Shown one piece after another: positions 48,311 through 58,840 of a stretch of 64,000 bases of DNA. Source of the stretch: Alphaproteobacteria bacterium. Lineage in GTDB: Bacteria; Pseudomonadota; Alphaproteobacteria; MPNO01. The DNA lies in contig CBDFLJ010000001.1 in assembly GCA_965248835.1 (NCBI GenBank), positions 1,120,001-1,184,000 of the forward strand. The letters run 5' to 3'. Both the position numbers and the translations under genes were made by a program. The notes under the pieces are model-generated. The model saw only the letters and a program-made list of their open reading frames with translations. It had not been told where the DNA came from and ran no database searches. Every line of letters starts with the position of its first letter. Positions within the stretch are counted from its first letter, which is position 1.

Positions 48311-49291
48311 ATGCAAGGCAAGATCGTCCTGGAAGAGCATTTCGCGCTCGAGGAGACCTGGCGGGATTCGGTCCCGGACGTCCTGCCGGCGGACAAGATC
48401 GACGATCTCCGCGGCCGGCTGCTCGACTTCGGCGGTCGGCGGCTGCGCGAGATGGATGCGAACGGAATTGAGTTCGCGATCCTGTCGCTCAACACGCCGA
48501 CGGTCCAGCGCGTGCTGGACACCGAAGCCGCGATCGCGCTGGCGCGGCGGTCCAACGATTTCCTGGCCGCGGAGGTCGCCAAGCGGCCGGACCGGTTCGC
48601 GGGCTACGCGGCGCTGCCGATGCAGGACCCGGACGCGGCCGCCGCCGAGCTCGGCCGCTGCGTCGGCGAGCTCGGCTTCAAGGGCGCGATGGTCTACGGC
48701 TTCACCCAAAAGGACGTGCCCACATCCGCGATCTATTACGACATCGCCGCGTACCGGCCGTTCTGGGCCGCGGTCGAGGAGCTCGACGTGCCGTTCTATC
48801 TGCACCCGCGGCTGCAGATCCCGACCCGCGCGCACGGCTATGAGGGCCACCAGTGGCTGATGGGCGCGTCCTGGGGCTATGCCGGCGAGACCGCGCTGCA
48901 TGCCCTGCGGTTGATCGGTTCCGGCCTGTTCGACGAATATCCCGGTCTGCGCATCGTTATCGGCCATATGGGCGAGCGCATCCCCTACGACATGTGGCGG
49001 ATCGACCGTTGGGCGGCTGAGCTGCCCTTCGACTACGCCGGCCGGCGGGCGGTGAGCGATTACCTGCGCGAGAACTTCTTCATCACCACCTCGGGCAATT
49101 TCAGCGATTCGGCGCTGAGATGCGCGCTGACCGAGCTGGGCGCGGACCGCATCATGTTCTCGATCGACTACCCCTACGAAGACATGGCGGCGGGCGCGGG
49201 CTGGTTCGACGCCGCCCCGCTGGAGGAGGCCGAGCGGATCAGGATCGGCCGGACCAACGCGATCGGGTTGTTCAAGCTCGATCTCCGATAA
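48311..49291 (+). CDS. Amidohydrolase_2 decarboxylase, gamma-resorcylate decarboxylase-like, copy 2
   Basis: Same motifs and same length (326 aa) as copy 1, 9 bp downstream of it. Confidence 0.88.
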   Translation: MQGKIVLEEHFALEETWRDSVPDVLPADKIDDLRGRLLDFGGRRLREMDANGIEFAILSLNTPTVQRVLDTEAAIALARRSNDFLAAEVAKRPDRFAGYAALPMQDPDAAAAELGRCVGELGFKGAMVYGFTQKDVPTSAIYYDIAAYRPFWAAVEELDVPFYLHPRLQIPTRAHGYEGHQWLMGASWGYAGETALHALRLIGSGLFDEYPGLRIVIGHMGERIPYDMWRIDRWAAELPFDYAGRRAVSDYLRENFFITTSGNFSDSALRCALTELGADRIMFSIDYPYEDMAAGAGWFDAAPLEEAERIRIGRTNAIGLFKLDLR

Positions 49292-49315
49292 GGTCCGCCG
49301 GGCGGCGGACGCGGC

Positions 49316-50731
49316 TCAGTCCGGCCGCCAGGCGGTGATCGCCGCGCTCGTCTTGTCGGTATTGCGCGGCGCGGGCGGGGGCATCTCCTGGACGACCGGG
49401 CGGCCCCAGCCGGGCTCGCCGACGAGCGTTCCCTCGCGCACCACCACCCGGCCGCGGACCAGGGTGTGGACGACCCGCCCGGTGGTCTCGAAGCCGTGCC
49501 AGGGGGTGATCTGGGACTTGGAATGCAGCCCATCGCGCGCGATCGTCGAGACATGGTCCATGTCGACGATCGCGATGTCGGCGTCGGAACCCGGCGCGAT
49601 CAGCCCCTTTCGCGGATAGCAGCCCCAGGCCTTCGCCGGCGCCGCGGCGGACCATTGGACGTACTGGTTGATCGTCGCGTGGCCCGCGTTCACCTGGGTC
49701 AGCATGATCGGCATCTGGGTCTCGACGCCGGGGAAACCGCAATCGCATTCCCAGATGCTGTTGGAAGCCTTCTCCTCGGGCAAATGCGGGGCGTGGTCGG
49801 TGGCGATCATGTCGATGGTGCCGTCATGGAGCGCGGCCCACAGCGCATCGCCATGGCCCTTCTCGCGGATCGGCGGGTTGACCCGCAGCAATCCGCCGAG
49901 CGCGTCCATGTCGTCGACGGTGAAGATCAGATAGTGCGGACAGGTCTCCACGGTCACGTCGACCCCGCGCGCCTTGCCGGCGCGCACCAGATCGAGCGCA
50001 TCGGCGGAGCTCTTGTGCGCGATGTGGAGCCTGGCGCCGGTCCATTCCGCGAAAGCGATGGCCCGGCCGACCGCCTCGATCGCGCAGATCTCGGGCCGCG
50101 CGGCAAGATGAGCGCGCGCATCGTTGCGGCCGGCCGCCTTGAGCTGCGCCTCGCGCCGGGCCATGATCGAAGGGTTCTCGGCGTGCACCGTGCAGCGGTG
50201 GCCGAGCCGGGCCAGGATCTCGAAGCCTTCCAGCATCGCCCCGTCCGATGGCGCAGGCAGATCGCCGAACGTGTTGCCCATGAAGCACTTGAAGCCGCTG
50301 ACGCCGGCCCTGACCAGATCCTCAAGCTGGTCGATGTTGTCCTCGTCGAGCAAGCCGTAGATGCCGTAATCGACATGGGCCTGGGCCTTGGCGCGCTCCT
50401 GCTTGTCGCGCAGCGCCTGGAGCGTTCCCGTCGGCGGATCGGTGTTGGGCATCTCGAAGACCGAGGTGGTGCCGCCGCACGCCGCGGCGGCCGTGCCGGT
50501 CTGCCAGTTCTCCTTGTAGCCGTAGCCCGGCTCGCGAAAATGGACGTGACTGTCGACCGCGCCGGGCAGGACGTAGAGCCCGGTCGCGTCGATGGTCTGG
50601 CGCGCCGGCGGCACCATCTCGCCGGCGCCGATGCCGAGGATCGTCTCGCCGTCGATCGCGATGTCGGCCTCGATCGTGGCCGTGGGCGAGACCATCTTGC
50701 CGCCGCGGATCACCAGATCGACCTGTTTCAT
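49316..50731 (-). CDS. Cyclic amidohydrolase (allantoinase/dihydroorotase family)
   Basis: DSHVHFREPG, EMPNT, GFKCFM (carboxylated Lys), VHAE, ETCPHY, ATDHAPH. Confidence 0.9.
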   Translation of the reverse strand: MKQVDLVIRGGKMVSPTATIEADIAIDGETILGIGAGEMVPPARQTIDATGLYVLPGAVDSHVHFREPGYGYKENWQTGTAAAACGGTTSVFEMPNTDPPTGTLQALRDKQERAKAQAHVDYGIYGLLDEDNIDQLEDLVRAGVSGFKCFMGNTFGDLPAPSDGAMLEGFEILARLGHRCTVHAENPSIMARREAQLKAAGRNDARAHLAARPEICAIEAVGRAIAFAEWTGARLHIAHKSSADALDLVRAGKARGVDVTVETCPHYLIFTVDDMDALGGLLRVNPPIREKGHGDALWAALHDGTIDMIATDHAPHLPEEKASNSIWECDCGFPGVETQMPIMLTQVNAGHATINQYVQWSAAAPAKAWGCYPRKGLIAPGSDADIAIVDMDHVSTIARDGLHSKSQITPWHGFETTGRVVHTLVRGRVVVREGTLVGEPGWGRPVVQEMPPPAPRNTDKTSAAITAWRPD

Positions 50732-50742
50732 GTCCCGATTCC

Positions 50743-51525
50743 TTAGATCACCCAACCGCCGTCGACGGCGAGGTCCTGGCCGGTGATATTGCGCGCACGC
50801 TCGCTTGCCAGGAACAGCACCGCGTTGGCGACGTCGACATCGGTCGACACCCGCCTGAGCGCATATTCGGCGGCGTGCTGGGCGCGCGCCTCCTCTTGCG
50901 TGATGCCGGCCGCCTTGGCGCGCTCGGCGCAGACGCGCTCGAACCGCGGGCCGTCGACCATGCCCGGGCAGACGCAGTTGACGTTGATGTTGTGGACGCC
51001 GACCTCGAGCGCGGTCGACTTGGTGATGCCCCGCAGGCCCCATTTCGAGGCCGAATAGGCCATCCGTCCGGCCCGGCCGCGCAGCCCGAACGTGCCGCCG
51101 ACATTGACGATCTTGCCGTATCTGCGCGCGATCATGCCGGGCAGCACCGCTCGCATGGTCAGGTAGCAGCCCTTCATGTTGAGCGCGACAATTTGATCGA
51201 AGTCCTCGGGCTCGGTCTGCCAGGCGGTGGTCTCCAGCGGCCCGCTGCCGCCAGCGACGTTGACCAGAACGTCGATCCGGCCGAAGGCGTCCACGCCGGA
51301 CGCGACCGCCGCATCGACCTGGTCCGGCGCGGTGACGTCGCATGCCGCGACCATCACGCGGCGGCCCATCGCGCGGGCCGCCTCGGCCGCCGGCGCGATC
51401 GCCGCGATGTCGCGCCCGGCCAGCACCAGGTCCGCACCGGCCTCGGCGAAGCCGCGCGTCACCGCCGCGCCCATGCCCTTGGCCGGTCCGGTGATGAGGG
51501 TGACCCGATCGTCGAACTCCGCCAC
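50743..51525 (-). CDS. SDR family oxidoreductase
   Basis: TGPAKGMG, NVAG, YSASK, VDGG. Confidence 0.9.
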   Translation of the reverse strand: MAEFDDRVTLITGPAKGMGAAVTRGFAEAGADLVLAGRDIAAIAPAAEAARAMGRRVMVAACDVTAPDQVDAAVASGVDAFGRIDVLVNVAGGSGPLETTAWQTEPEDFDQIVALNMKGCYLTMRAVLPGMIARRYGKIVNVGGTFGLRGRAGRMAYSASKWGLRGITKSTALEVGVHNINVNCVCPGMVDGPRFERVCAERAKAAGITQEEARAQHAAEYALRRVSTDVDVANAVLFLASERARNITGQDLAVDGGWVI

Positions 51526-51702
51526 GTTTCGCGCCTCCCCGATCGCCCCGCTTGCCTACACGGCCGGGCGGGCGGGTGCAACTCGGCGGAATCCGGCCCG
51601 CGACCGCCGGAAGGGCTTTTCAAGCGGCCGGTGTTTGGCAATGATCGGGCGATGGGCACGGCGCCGCAACCGACAGGGCGCGCGCCGAACGGGAGAGACG
51701 AG

Positions 51703-53028
51703 ATGACTTGGTCAAACAGCGAGATCGCGGCCCTGGTCGAGCCCGATCGGGTCCATCGCAAGGCCTATGTGGACCCGGAGATCTTCGACCTCGAGATGGA
51801 GCGCATCTTCGAGCGGCTGTGGATCTATATCGGTCATGACAGCCAGGTGAAGCAGCCGGGCGACTACTACCTCGCCCAGGTCGGCCGCCAGCCGATGATC
51901 ATGGTCCGCGACCATAACGGCGATGTCCACGTCCTTTACAACCGCTGTCCGCACCGCGGCGCGCAGATCTGCACCGCGCGCAAGGGCAATGCCGGCAAGC
52001 TCTTCCGCTGCTCCTATCACGCCTGGATGTTCGAGCTCGACGGCCGTGTGGAGAGCATTCCGGCGGTCCGCGGCTATGCCGGCACCCGGCTGGACATGAA
52101 CGACACCGCCTTCCATCTGCGCAAGGTGCCGCGTGCGGACAATTATCGCGGCTTCTGGTTCGCTTCGCTGGACGAGAACGCGCCGGATCTGGAGCCCCAT
52201 CTCGGGCCCGCGAAGCAGGCCTTGGACCAGCTCATCGACCGCGCGCCCGGCGGCGAGACCGAGGTCGTCGGCGACTGTTTCCGCATGGTCCAGCAGTCCA
52301 ACTGGAAGATCTTCCTGGAGAACCAGATCGACGTCTCGCATCCGGGCGCGACCCATGAATCGACCGGCGTTGCCGCGCGGACGGTCGAGAACGAGATGCG
52401 CGATGACGGCAGGACTCCGCCGATGGGCTACGGCTTCCTGTCGGACTTTGCGCGCTTCGGCATCGACGGCTGGGACAAGTTCGCCACCACCGGCCTCCCG
52501 CAGGGCCACTGCACGCTGGAAGGCTATATGGGGTTGCGTCCGGAGGACCCGGACACCAACGCCTACGTCAAGTGCATGTACGATGCCTACGGCGAGGAGC
52601 GCGCCGAGGAGATCCTCGGCGTCAACCTGCATCACGTCCTTATCTATCCTTGCAATTCGGTTCAGCCGCCGCTCCAGCAGCTCCGCACCATCCGGCCGAT
52701 CGGGCCGAACCGCACGCTGTCGGAGATCTGGCACTTCCGCCTGAAGGGTGCGCCCGAGGCGATCTACCAGCGCTCGCTCGCCTACTACTACCTGGTCAAC
52801 GCACCGTCGACGATGGTCAACGCCGACGACCTGTTCAACTGGTGGAAATGTCAGCACGGGCTGGAGAGCAGCGGCTCGGAGTGGATCAGCCTGCACCGCA
52901 ACGCCGGCCAGGACTTCGAGGAAAACGGCATCATGAAGTCGGCGCCGTCCTCGATGAGCGAGCTGCCGCTGCGCTCGATGGCCGCGGCCTGGAAGGGCTA
53001 CATGACCGCAAACGGCAAGGGGGGCTGA
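51703..53028 (+). CDS. Rieske ring-hydroxylating dioxygenase alpha subunit
   Basis: CPH...CSYH; ENQIDVSHPGATH; NADD. Confidence 0.9.
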   Translation: MTWSNSEIAALVEPDRVHRKAYVDPEIFDLEMERIFERLWIYIGHDSQVKQPGDYYLAQVGRQPMIMVRDHNGDVHVLYNRCPHRGAQICTARKGNAGKLFRCSYHAWMFELDGRVESIPAVRGYAGTRLDMNDTAFHLRKVPRADNYRGFWFASLDENAPDLEPHLGPAKQALDQLIDRAPGGETEVVGDCFRMVQQSNWKIFLENQIDVSHPGATHESTGVAARTVENEMRDDGRTPPMGYGFLSDFARFGIDGWDKFATTGLPQGHCTLEGYMGLRPEDPDTNAYVKCMYDAYGEERAEEILGVNLHHVLIYPCNSVQPPLQQLRTIRPIGPNRTLSEIWHFRLKGAPEAIYQRSLAYYYLVNAPSTMVNADDLFNWWKCQHGLESSGSEWISLHRNAGQDFEENGIMKSAPSSMSELPLRSMAAAWKGYMTANGKGG

Positions 53029-53033
53029 GCGCG

Positions 53034-53570
53034 ATGGGCGAAGCCGCGGCCAAGCTGGCGGCCGGCGACCGGTTCGCCGCCGCCGACGTCAGCGTCGAGA
53101 CCCAGCGCGCCGTCGAGCGCTTCCTCTACCGCCAGGCGGAGATCCTCGACGAGAAGCAATGGGACGACTGGCTGGCGCTGTTCACCGAGGACGGCCACTA
53201 CTGGATGCCGGCCGAGGACGACCAGGAGGACGGCGAGGGGGTTCCCAACATCTTCTGGGAAAACCTGGACATGATGAGGATGCGCATCCGGCGGAACAAC
53301 CATCCCCGGGCGCACAGCCAGGCGCCGCAGAACAGGTTGTGCCATGTCGTCTCCAACGTGATCGTCGAATCCGAGGATGCCGACGGCGACGTGGTGGTGC
53401 GTGCGCGTTTCCACTGCGCGGAATACCTGCGCTATGACGTGCGCAGCTTCACCGGCCGCTACCGGCACTATCTGAGGAAGACGCCGGACGGCTACAGAAT
53501 CGCGCTCCAGCGCGTCGACCTGGTCAACCGTGAGGGGCCCTACGAGTACGTTCTGCAGTGGTGGGTCTAG
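53034..53570 (+). CDS. Ring-hydroxylating dioxygenase beta subunit
   Basis: [32 protein letters not shown]. Confidence 0.9.
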   Translation: MGEAAAKLAAGDRFAAADVSVETQRAVERFLYRQAEILDEKQWDDWLALFTEDGHYWMPAEDDQEDGEGVPNIFWENLDMMRMRIRRNNHPRAHSQAPQNRLCHVVSNVIVESEDADGDVVVRARFHCAEYLRYDVRSFTGRYRHYLRKTPDGYRIALQRVDLVNREGPYEYVLQWWV

Positions 53571-55258
53571 AGCGTGCCCCAACCGGATCGGATCGGTCCG
53601 CCCCGGCCGATTTCATCCGCGAGATCATCGCCGAGGACCTCGCTGCCGGCCGCGCCGATTCGGTGGTTACAAGGTTCCCGCCCGAGCCCAACGGCTATCT
53701 CCATATCGGCCACGCCAAGTCGATGATGCTCAATTTCGGCGTCGCCGCGGAATTCGGCGGACGCTGCCATCTGCGCTTCGACGACACCAACCCGGTGCGC
53801 GAGGACACCGCCTTCATCGAGGCGATCAAGGAAGACGTAAGCTGGCTCGGCTGGGACTGGAGCGATCGCCTGTATTTCGCTTCGGACAATTTCGAGCAGC
53901 TCTTCGACTGGGCCCGGCATCTGGTCGGCGCGGGCAAGGCCTATGTCGACGACCAGAGCGCGGACGAGATCCGCCGGACCCGGGGCACGCTGACCGAGCC
54001 CGGCACCGAGAGCCTCTACCGGTCCCGCCCGGTGGAAGAGAATCTCGACCTGCTGCGGCGCATGCGGGCGGGCGAGTTCGCAGACGGCACGCGGGTCCTG
54101 CGGGCGAAGATCGACATGGCATCGGGCAACATCAATTTGCGCGACCCTGTGCTCTACCGCATCCTCCATGCCGCCCATCCGCGCACCGGCGAAGCGTGGT
54201 GCCTCTATCCGACCTACGACTTCGCGCACGGCCAGTCCGATGCGATCGAAGGCGTCACGCATTCGCTCTGCACGCTCGAATTCGCCGACCACCGCCCGCT
54301 TTACGACTGGCTGATCGACAACCTGCCCGTCCCCTCCAGGCCGCGGCAATACGAGTTCGCCCGGCTCAACCTCGCCTACACCGTGCTGTCCAAGCGCCGA
54401 CTGGTCCGGCTGGTCGAAGGCGGCCATGTCGCGGGTTGGGACGACCCGCGCATGCCGACCCTGGCCGGCCTGCGCCGCCGCGGGGTCCCGCCTGAAGCGA
54501 TCGCCGACTTCGCGCGCCGCATCGGGGTCGCCAGAGCCGACAACCTGGTCGACATGGCGCTGTTCGAGCACTGCCTGCGCGAGCGCATGAACGCCACGGC
54601 GGAGCGCCGCCTTGCCGTGCTGCGCCCGCTCAAGCTGATCGTCGAGAACTACCCCGAGGGCCGGACCGAGATGCTGGAGGCCCTCAACAACCCCAACGAC
54701 CCAACCGCCGGAACCCGGGAGATCCCGTTCTCCCGCGAGCTCCTGATCGAGCGCGGGGACTTCATGGAGGACGCGCCGAAAAAATTCTTCCGCCTCACGC
54801 CTGGCCGCGAGGTGCGGCTGCGGTTCGCCTACCTCGTCACCTGCACCGGGGCGGTCAAGGACGCATCGGGCGCAATCACCGAGCTGCATTGCACCTATGA
54901 TCCCGCCACGCGCGGCGGCGATGCGCCCGACGGCCGCAAGGTCCGCGGCACCATCCACTGGGTCAGCGCAGCCCACGCAGTGCCGGCGGAGATCCGCCTC
55001 TACGAGAACCTGTTCACCGCACCCGAGCCCGGCGCCGGCGGCGACTTCCTCGATGATCTCAACCCGGACTCGCTGACGGTGCTGACCGGCTGCCGGCTGG
55101 AGCCGGCCCTGGCCAGGGCGGCGCCGGCCACACCGGTCCAGTTCGAGCGCCAGGGCTATTTCACGCCCGATCCCGACTCGCGCCCCGAGGCCCCGGTCTT
55201 CAATCGCACCGTAGGCCTGCGCGATTCCTGGGCGAAAATCCAGGCGAGAGGCCGATAA
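53558..55258 (+). CDS. glnS: Glutamine--tRNA ligase
   Basis: [64 protein letters not shown]; start codon uncertain. Confidence 0.95.
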   Translation: MVGLERAPTGSDRSAPADFIREIIAEDLAAGRADSVVTRFPPEPNGYLHIGHAKSMMLNFGVAAEFGGRCHLRFDDTNPVREDTAFIEAIKEDVSWLGWDWSDRLYFASDNFEQLFDWARHLVGAGKAYVDDQSADEIRRTRGTLTEPGTESLYRSRPVEENLDLLRRMRAGEFADGTRVLRAKIDMASGNINLRDPVLYRILHAAHPRTGEAWCLYPTYDFAHGQSDAIEGVTHSLCTLEFADHRPLYDWLIDNLPVPSRPRQYEFARLNLAYTVLSKRRLVRLVEGGHVAGWDDPRMPTLAGLRRRGVPPEAIADFARRIGVARADNLVDMALFEHCLRERMNATAERRLAVLRPLKLIVENYPEGRTEMLEALNNPNDPTAGTREIPFSRELLIERGDFMEDAPKKFFRLTPGREVRLRFAYLVTCTGAVKDASGAITELHCTYDPATRGGDAPDGRKVRGTIHWVSAAHAVPAEIRLYENLFTAPEPGAGGDFLDDLNPDSLTVLTGCRLEPALARAAPATPVQFERQGYFTPDPDSRPEAPVFNRTVGLRDSWAKIQARGR

Positions 55259-56028
55259 TGCCAAAGACGCCCGATTTCTTTCGCGACAAGACCATCCTGA
55301 TCACCGGGGCGGCCTCGGGGATCGGGCGCGCGACCGCCGGGATCTTCGCGCGCGAGGGCGCCCGGGTGGTGGCTGCCGACATCGACGGCTCCGGCGCGGA
55401 AGGCTGCGCCGGGGCGGTCCGCCAGGCCGGCGGCGCGGCGATCGCGGTTACCGCCGACGTGACCGACCGGGCAGCCGTGGACGCGATGGTCGCGGCGGGG
55501 ATCGCCGCCTTCGAGAAGATCGATTTCCTGTTCAACAGCGCCGGCGCGGCCGGCCGACGGGCGCCGTTCCTGGAGATCGACGCCGATCTGTGGCGCCACG
55601 CCTTCGCACTCAACGTCGACGGCACCTTCAACGCGATCCAGGCCGTCCTGCCCCACATGCTGGCGGCCGGAGCGGGCGTGATCGTCAATATGGCCTCGAT
55701 GGCCCATCGGCGCGGCGGGCCGGGCCATTCGGTCCATTACGCCGCTGCCAAGGGCGCGGTGGTCACGCTGAGCATGGGAGTCGCGCGCGAGTTCGCCGAC
55801 AAGGGCATCCGCTGCCTGTCGATCTCGCCGGGCCCGGTCGACACGCCCTTCCAGGCCGCCGCGGCGACCTCCGCCGCGCTCGCCCGGCGCATGCTCGAGG
55901 ACGTGCCGATGAAACGCTTCGGCACCCCCGAGGAGATCGGCGAGCTGGTCCTGTTCCTGTGCTCGGACGCCTGCGGCTTCATGACCGCGGACACCGTCTA
56001 TGTCAGCGGCGGCGGCGGCTGGCGCTAG
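55258..56028 (+). CDS. SDR family oxidoreductase
   Basis: TGAASGIG, NSAG, YAAAK; start overlaps the glnS stop (TAATG). Confidence 0.9.
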   Translation: MPKTPDFFRDKTILITGAASGIGRATAGIFAREGARVVAADIDGSGAEGCAGAVRQAGGAAIAVTADVTDRAAVDAMVAAGIAAFEKIDFLFNSAGAAGRRAPFLEIDADLWRHAFALNVDGTFNAIQAVLPHMLAAGAGVIVNMASMAHRRGGPGHSVHYAAAKGAVVTLSMGVAREFADKGIRCLSISPGPVDTPFQAAAATSAALARRMLEDVPMKRFGTPEEIGELVLFLCSDACGFMTADTVYVSGGGGWR

Positions 56029-57191
56029 CCCGGGCGCGCGAGGCCCAGCAGGTCTTCGACGACCGCCAGCTGGATGCGGGCGCAGGGCGCGAGGTCGGCC
56101 AGCGGGACCGACTCGTTGGCGGCGTGGCCGTCGTGGGCGCTGCCCGGACCGAAGGTGAGAATCTCGATGCCGTCATCGGCGAAGTAACGGCCGTCGCTGG
56201 CGCCGATCGCGAGAGTGTCGCGCGGCGGTGCGCCGGTGATGCGCTCGATCGCGCGGTGGAAGGTGGTGATCGCCGGGCCGTCGGCCGGCGAGGCGAAGCC
56301 GTTGGTGCCGGTGACGAAAGCGATCTCGTAGCTGTCTGCGGGCTCGCCGGCGGTCTCGACGAGCGCCCGGAGCTCGGCGAAGGCAGCCTCCACCGTCTCG
56401 CCGGGCAGCATCCGGCGATCGATCTCGACCACGCAGTCGTCGGGCACCACGTTGGTGTTGTGACCGCCGCGGATGGTGCCGATGTTGAGGGTCGATTTCA
56501 GCGCCCCCTGGCGACGCACCGAAAGCCGCGGGACCAGCTCGCGCTCGAGCGTGGCGATCAGCCGCATCATCCTGAGGATCGCGTTGTCACCCGCATCGGG
56601 ATCGCCGGCGTGCGCAGCCATGCCGCGGGCGGTCAGCCGTGACCAGAACACCCCGCGTTCCTTGGCGCATGTCTGGCCCTGAGTCTGGGCGCCGAGCACC
56701 AGAATATCGGGCTTGACCGCGCCGGTCTCGCGCAGGAAGGCGAGCCCGTCCGGACCCAGCCGCTCCTCGTCGCCGACGAAGGTGAACACCAGTTCGCCCC
56801 TGGCCGGGCCGCCCGCCGCGGCAATGCGCTCGGCCAGCCAGAGCTGGACCGCCATCGAGGCCTTGCAGTTGCCGGCGCCCAGGCCGTGGACGCGGCCATC
56901 GACCACGGTCGCGACCAGCGGGTCGGTCCGCCACGCGCCGCGGTCGCCGAGGCTCACGGTATCGGCATGGGCGTTGAAGACGACCGAGGGCGCCCCGTCG
57001 CCGATCCGGCCGACGACGTTGTCGACCCCTTCGACGCGCGCGGCAGTCTCGACCGCATAGCCGGCCTTGCCGAGCCGATCGCCGGCATAGGCGCTGATCG
57101 CCCTTGTGTCGCCGGGCGGATAGCCGGACGGGATCGCAATCAGGTCGGTGAGGATCGACAGGATCTCTCCGGTGATTGTTCCGTCATCCAT
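56025..57191 (-). CDS. M20 family metallopeptidase/deacylase (ArgE/DapE-like)
   Basis: NAHADTV, GLGAGNCK, GDEE, GG.NTNVVPD, ASDGR, FGPG..GHAANE. The usual metal-ligand Asp (GxxDMK) reads N here. Confidence 0.85.
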   Translation of the reverse strand: MDDGTITGEILSILTDLIAIPSGYPPGDTRAISAYAGDRLGKAGYAVETAARVEGVDNVVGRIGDGAPSVVFNAHADTVSLGDRGAWRTDPLVATVVDGRVHGLGAGNCKASMAVQLWLAERIAAAGGPARGELVFTFVGDEERLGPDGLAFLRETGAVKPDILVLGAQTQGQTCAKERGVFWSRLTARGMAAHAGDPDAGDNAILRMMRLIATLERELVPRLSVRRQGALKSTLNIGTIRGGHNTNVVPDDCVVEIDRRMLPGETVEAAFAELRALVETAGEPADSYEIAFVTGTNGFASPADGPAITTFHRAIERITGAPPRDTLAIGASDGRYFADDGIEILTFGPGSAHDGHAANESVPLADLAPCARIQLAVVEDLLGLARPG

Positions 57192-57261
57192 GCCTCGCCC
57201 CTTCCGCGTGCCGGCGGCGGCTTGCTATGCTCGCCTTCGCTCCACCGCAACGGACCCAGAC

Positions 57262-58797
57262 ATGCCCGAACAGCAGTCGGACGGCAAGCAGCAGGACTGG
57301 GTGGTCATCCGCGGCGGCACGGTGATGTGCTTCGATGCCGAGGACCGGACGTTGGACGGCGGTGAGGTCTGGTTCACCGCCGGCGAGATCCGCGCGGTCG
57401 GCCCGGCCGGGTCCTTCGTCCCGCCGGAAGGTGCCGCGGTGACGGCGATCGAAGCGGCGGGCCGGCTGGTCCTGCCCGGCATGATCAACGCGCATTCGCA
57501 TTCCTACACCGCGCTCCTGAAGGGCACCGTCGATGCGGTTCCGCTCGACCTCTACATGATCCGGGCGATGGCCGGCGGCAGCGACCGCACCCCGCGCGAG
57601 ATCTTCGTCAGCGCTCAGGTCGACTGCCTCACGCTGCTCAAATGCGGCATCACCGCGGTGATCGATCACTATTCCGAGCGCCCGGCGCTGACGCGAGAAG
57701 GGCTGGAGGCGGTCGCGGCCGGCTATCGCGAGGCCGGCCTGCGCGCCCGGATCGCGCCGATGTTCGCCGATCTTCCCTATCTCGAGACCGTGCCGCTGGC
57801 GCCCGGCGCCCTGCCCGACCACCTGCGCGCGCATTACGAATCCTTCCCCCGGCCCGATCCCGAATCCTATTTCGCCGTCATCGAGCGCGCGATCGCCGAC
57901 CTGGAGACCGGCGGCGGCCGGATCGGGCTGCTCTACGGGGTCGACGGGCCGCAGCGCTGCAGCCGCGCGCTCATCGAGATGACCGCCGATGCCAAGCGCC
58001 ACACCGGGCTGGGGCTTCACACCCACATGCTGGAGGCCAAGACCCAAGCCGCGATGCGCGCGCCGGAGGCCGCGGAAGGCTTCGTCGCCCGGCTCGCCCG
58101 GCTCGGCATCATCGATCCGGCGAGCTCATTCGCCCATTTCGTCTGGAGTGCGGAGGACGACATCGCCGCGGCGCGCGAGGCCGGCGTGACGATCATCCAT
58201 CCTGCGCCGTCGAACATGATGCTGGGCAGCGGCGTCTGCCCGATGCTGCGGCTCGTGGCCGAGGGCATCCCGGTGGCCTTCGGTTCCGACGGCTCGAACT
58301 GCAACCCGGCAGGCCTGCTGGAGACGATCCGCGTCGCCACCTACCTGTCGCGGGTCACCGAGCCCAACCCGGACAAATGGATCGATGCGCCGGGCATGCT
58401 GAGGCTCGCGATGACCGGCGGCGCCCGGGCGATGGGCGAACCGGGCCGGATCGGCACGCTTGCGCCGGGCGCGCGTGCCGACATCGTCGTCATCGATACC
58501 CGAAACCACTGGCACCGGCCGATGGGCGATCCCTGGAGGCACCTGCTGTTCTACGAGCAGGGAGGCGGCACCGAGCATGTCTGGATCGACGGCGCACAGG
58601 TGGTCCGCGACGGCCGGGTGCTCACCATCGATGAAGAGGCCATCCTCGCCGAGGCCGAGGAGATCGCCCGCGGATACGCCGCCCGGATAAGCGGCCGCGA
58701 GGGCTTCATCGCCGAACACCACGGCCCGTTCCGCGACATGGTGATCGATGCCCACCGCCGCGATATCGGCATCGAAAGGCTCATCCGCCTGGAATAG
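57262..58797 (+). CDS. Amidohydrolase, AtzA/TrzA (deaminase/chlorohydrolase) family
   Basis: PGMINAHSH, HTHMLE, FAHFVW, SNMMLGSG, FGSDG, GTLAPGARAD. Confidence 0.88.
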   Translation: MPEQQSDGKQQDWVVIRGGTVMCFDAEDRTLDGGEVWFTAGEIRAVGPAGSFVPPEGAAVTAIEAAGRLVLPGMINAHSHSYTALLKGTVDAVPLDLYMIRAMAGGSDRTPREIFVSAQVDCLTLLKCGITAVIDHYSERPALTREGLEAVAAGYREAGLRARIAPMFADLPYLETVPLAPGALPDHLRAHYESFPRPDPESYFAVIERAIADLETGGGRIGLLYGVDGPQRCSRALIEMTADAKRHTGLGLHTHMLEAKTQAAMRAPEAAEGFVARLARLGIIDPASSFAHFVWSAEDDIAAAREAGVTIIHPAPSNMMLGSGVCPMLRLVAEGIPVAFGSDGSNCNPAGLLETIRVATYLSRVTEPNPDKWIDAPGMLRLAMTGGARAMGEPGRIGTLAPGARADIVVIDTRNHWHRPMGDPWRHLLFYEQGGGTEHVWIDGAQVVRDGRVLTIDEEAILAEAEEIARGYAARISGREGFIAEHHGPFRDMVIDAHRRDIGIERLIRLE

Positions 58798-58840
58798 GGC
58801 GCGCTTCCGGGCGGAATCGCGCCGTGGTAATTTCGCGAAC

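Noticed and set aside
40149-51343. Apparent long fusion ORFs (40149..42914, 45389..47212, 49316..51343; also 10116..11300, 6347..7711, 50875..53028)
   Set aside because: Their N-terminal extensions are Arg/Gly/Pro-rich off-frame readings over neighbouring real genes, caused by stop-codon scarcity at high GC.
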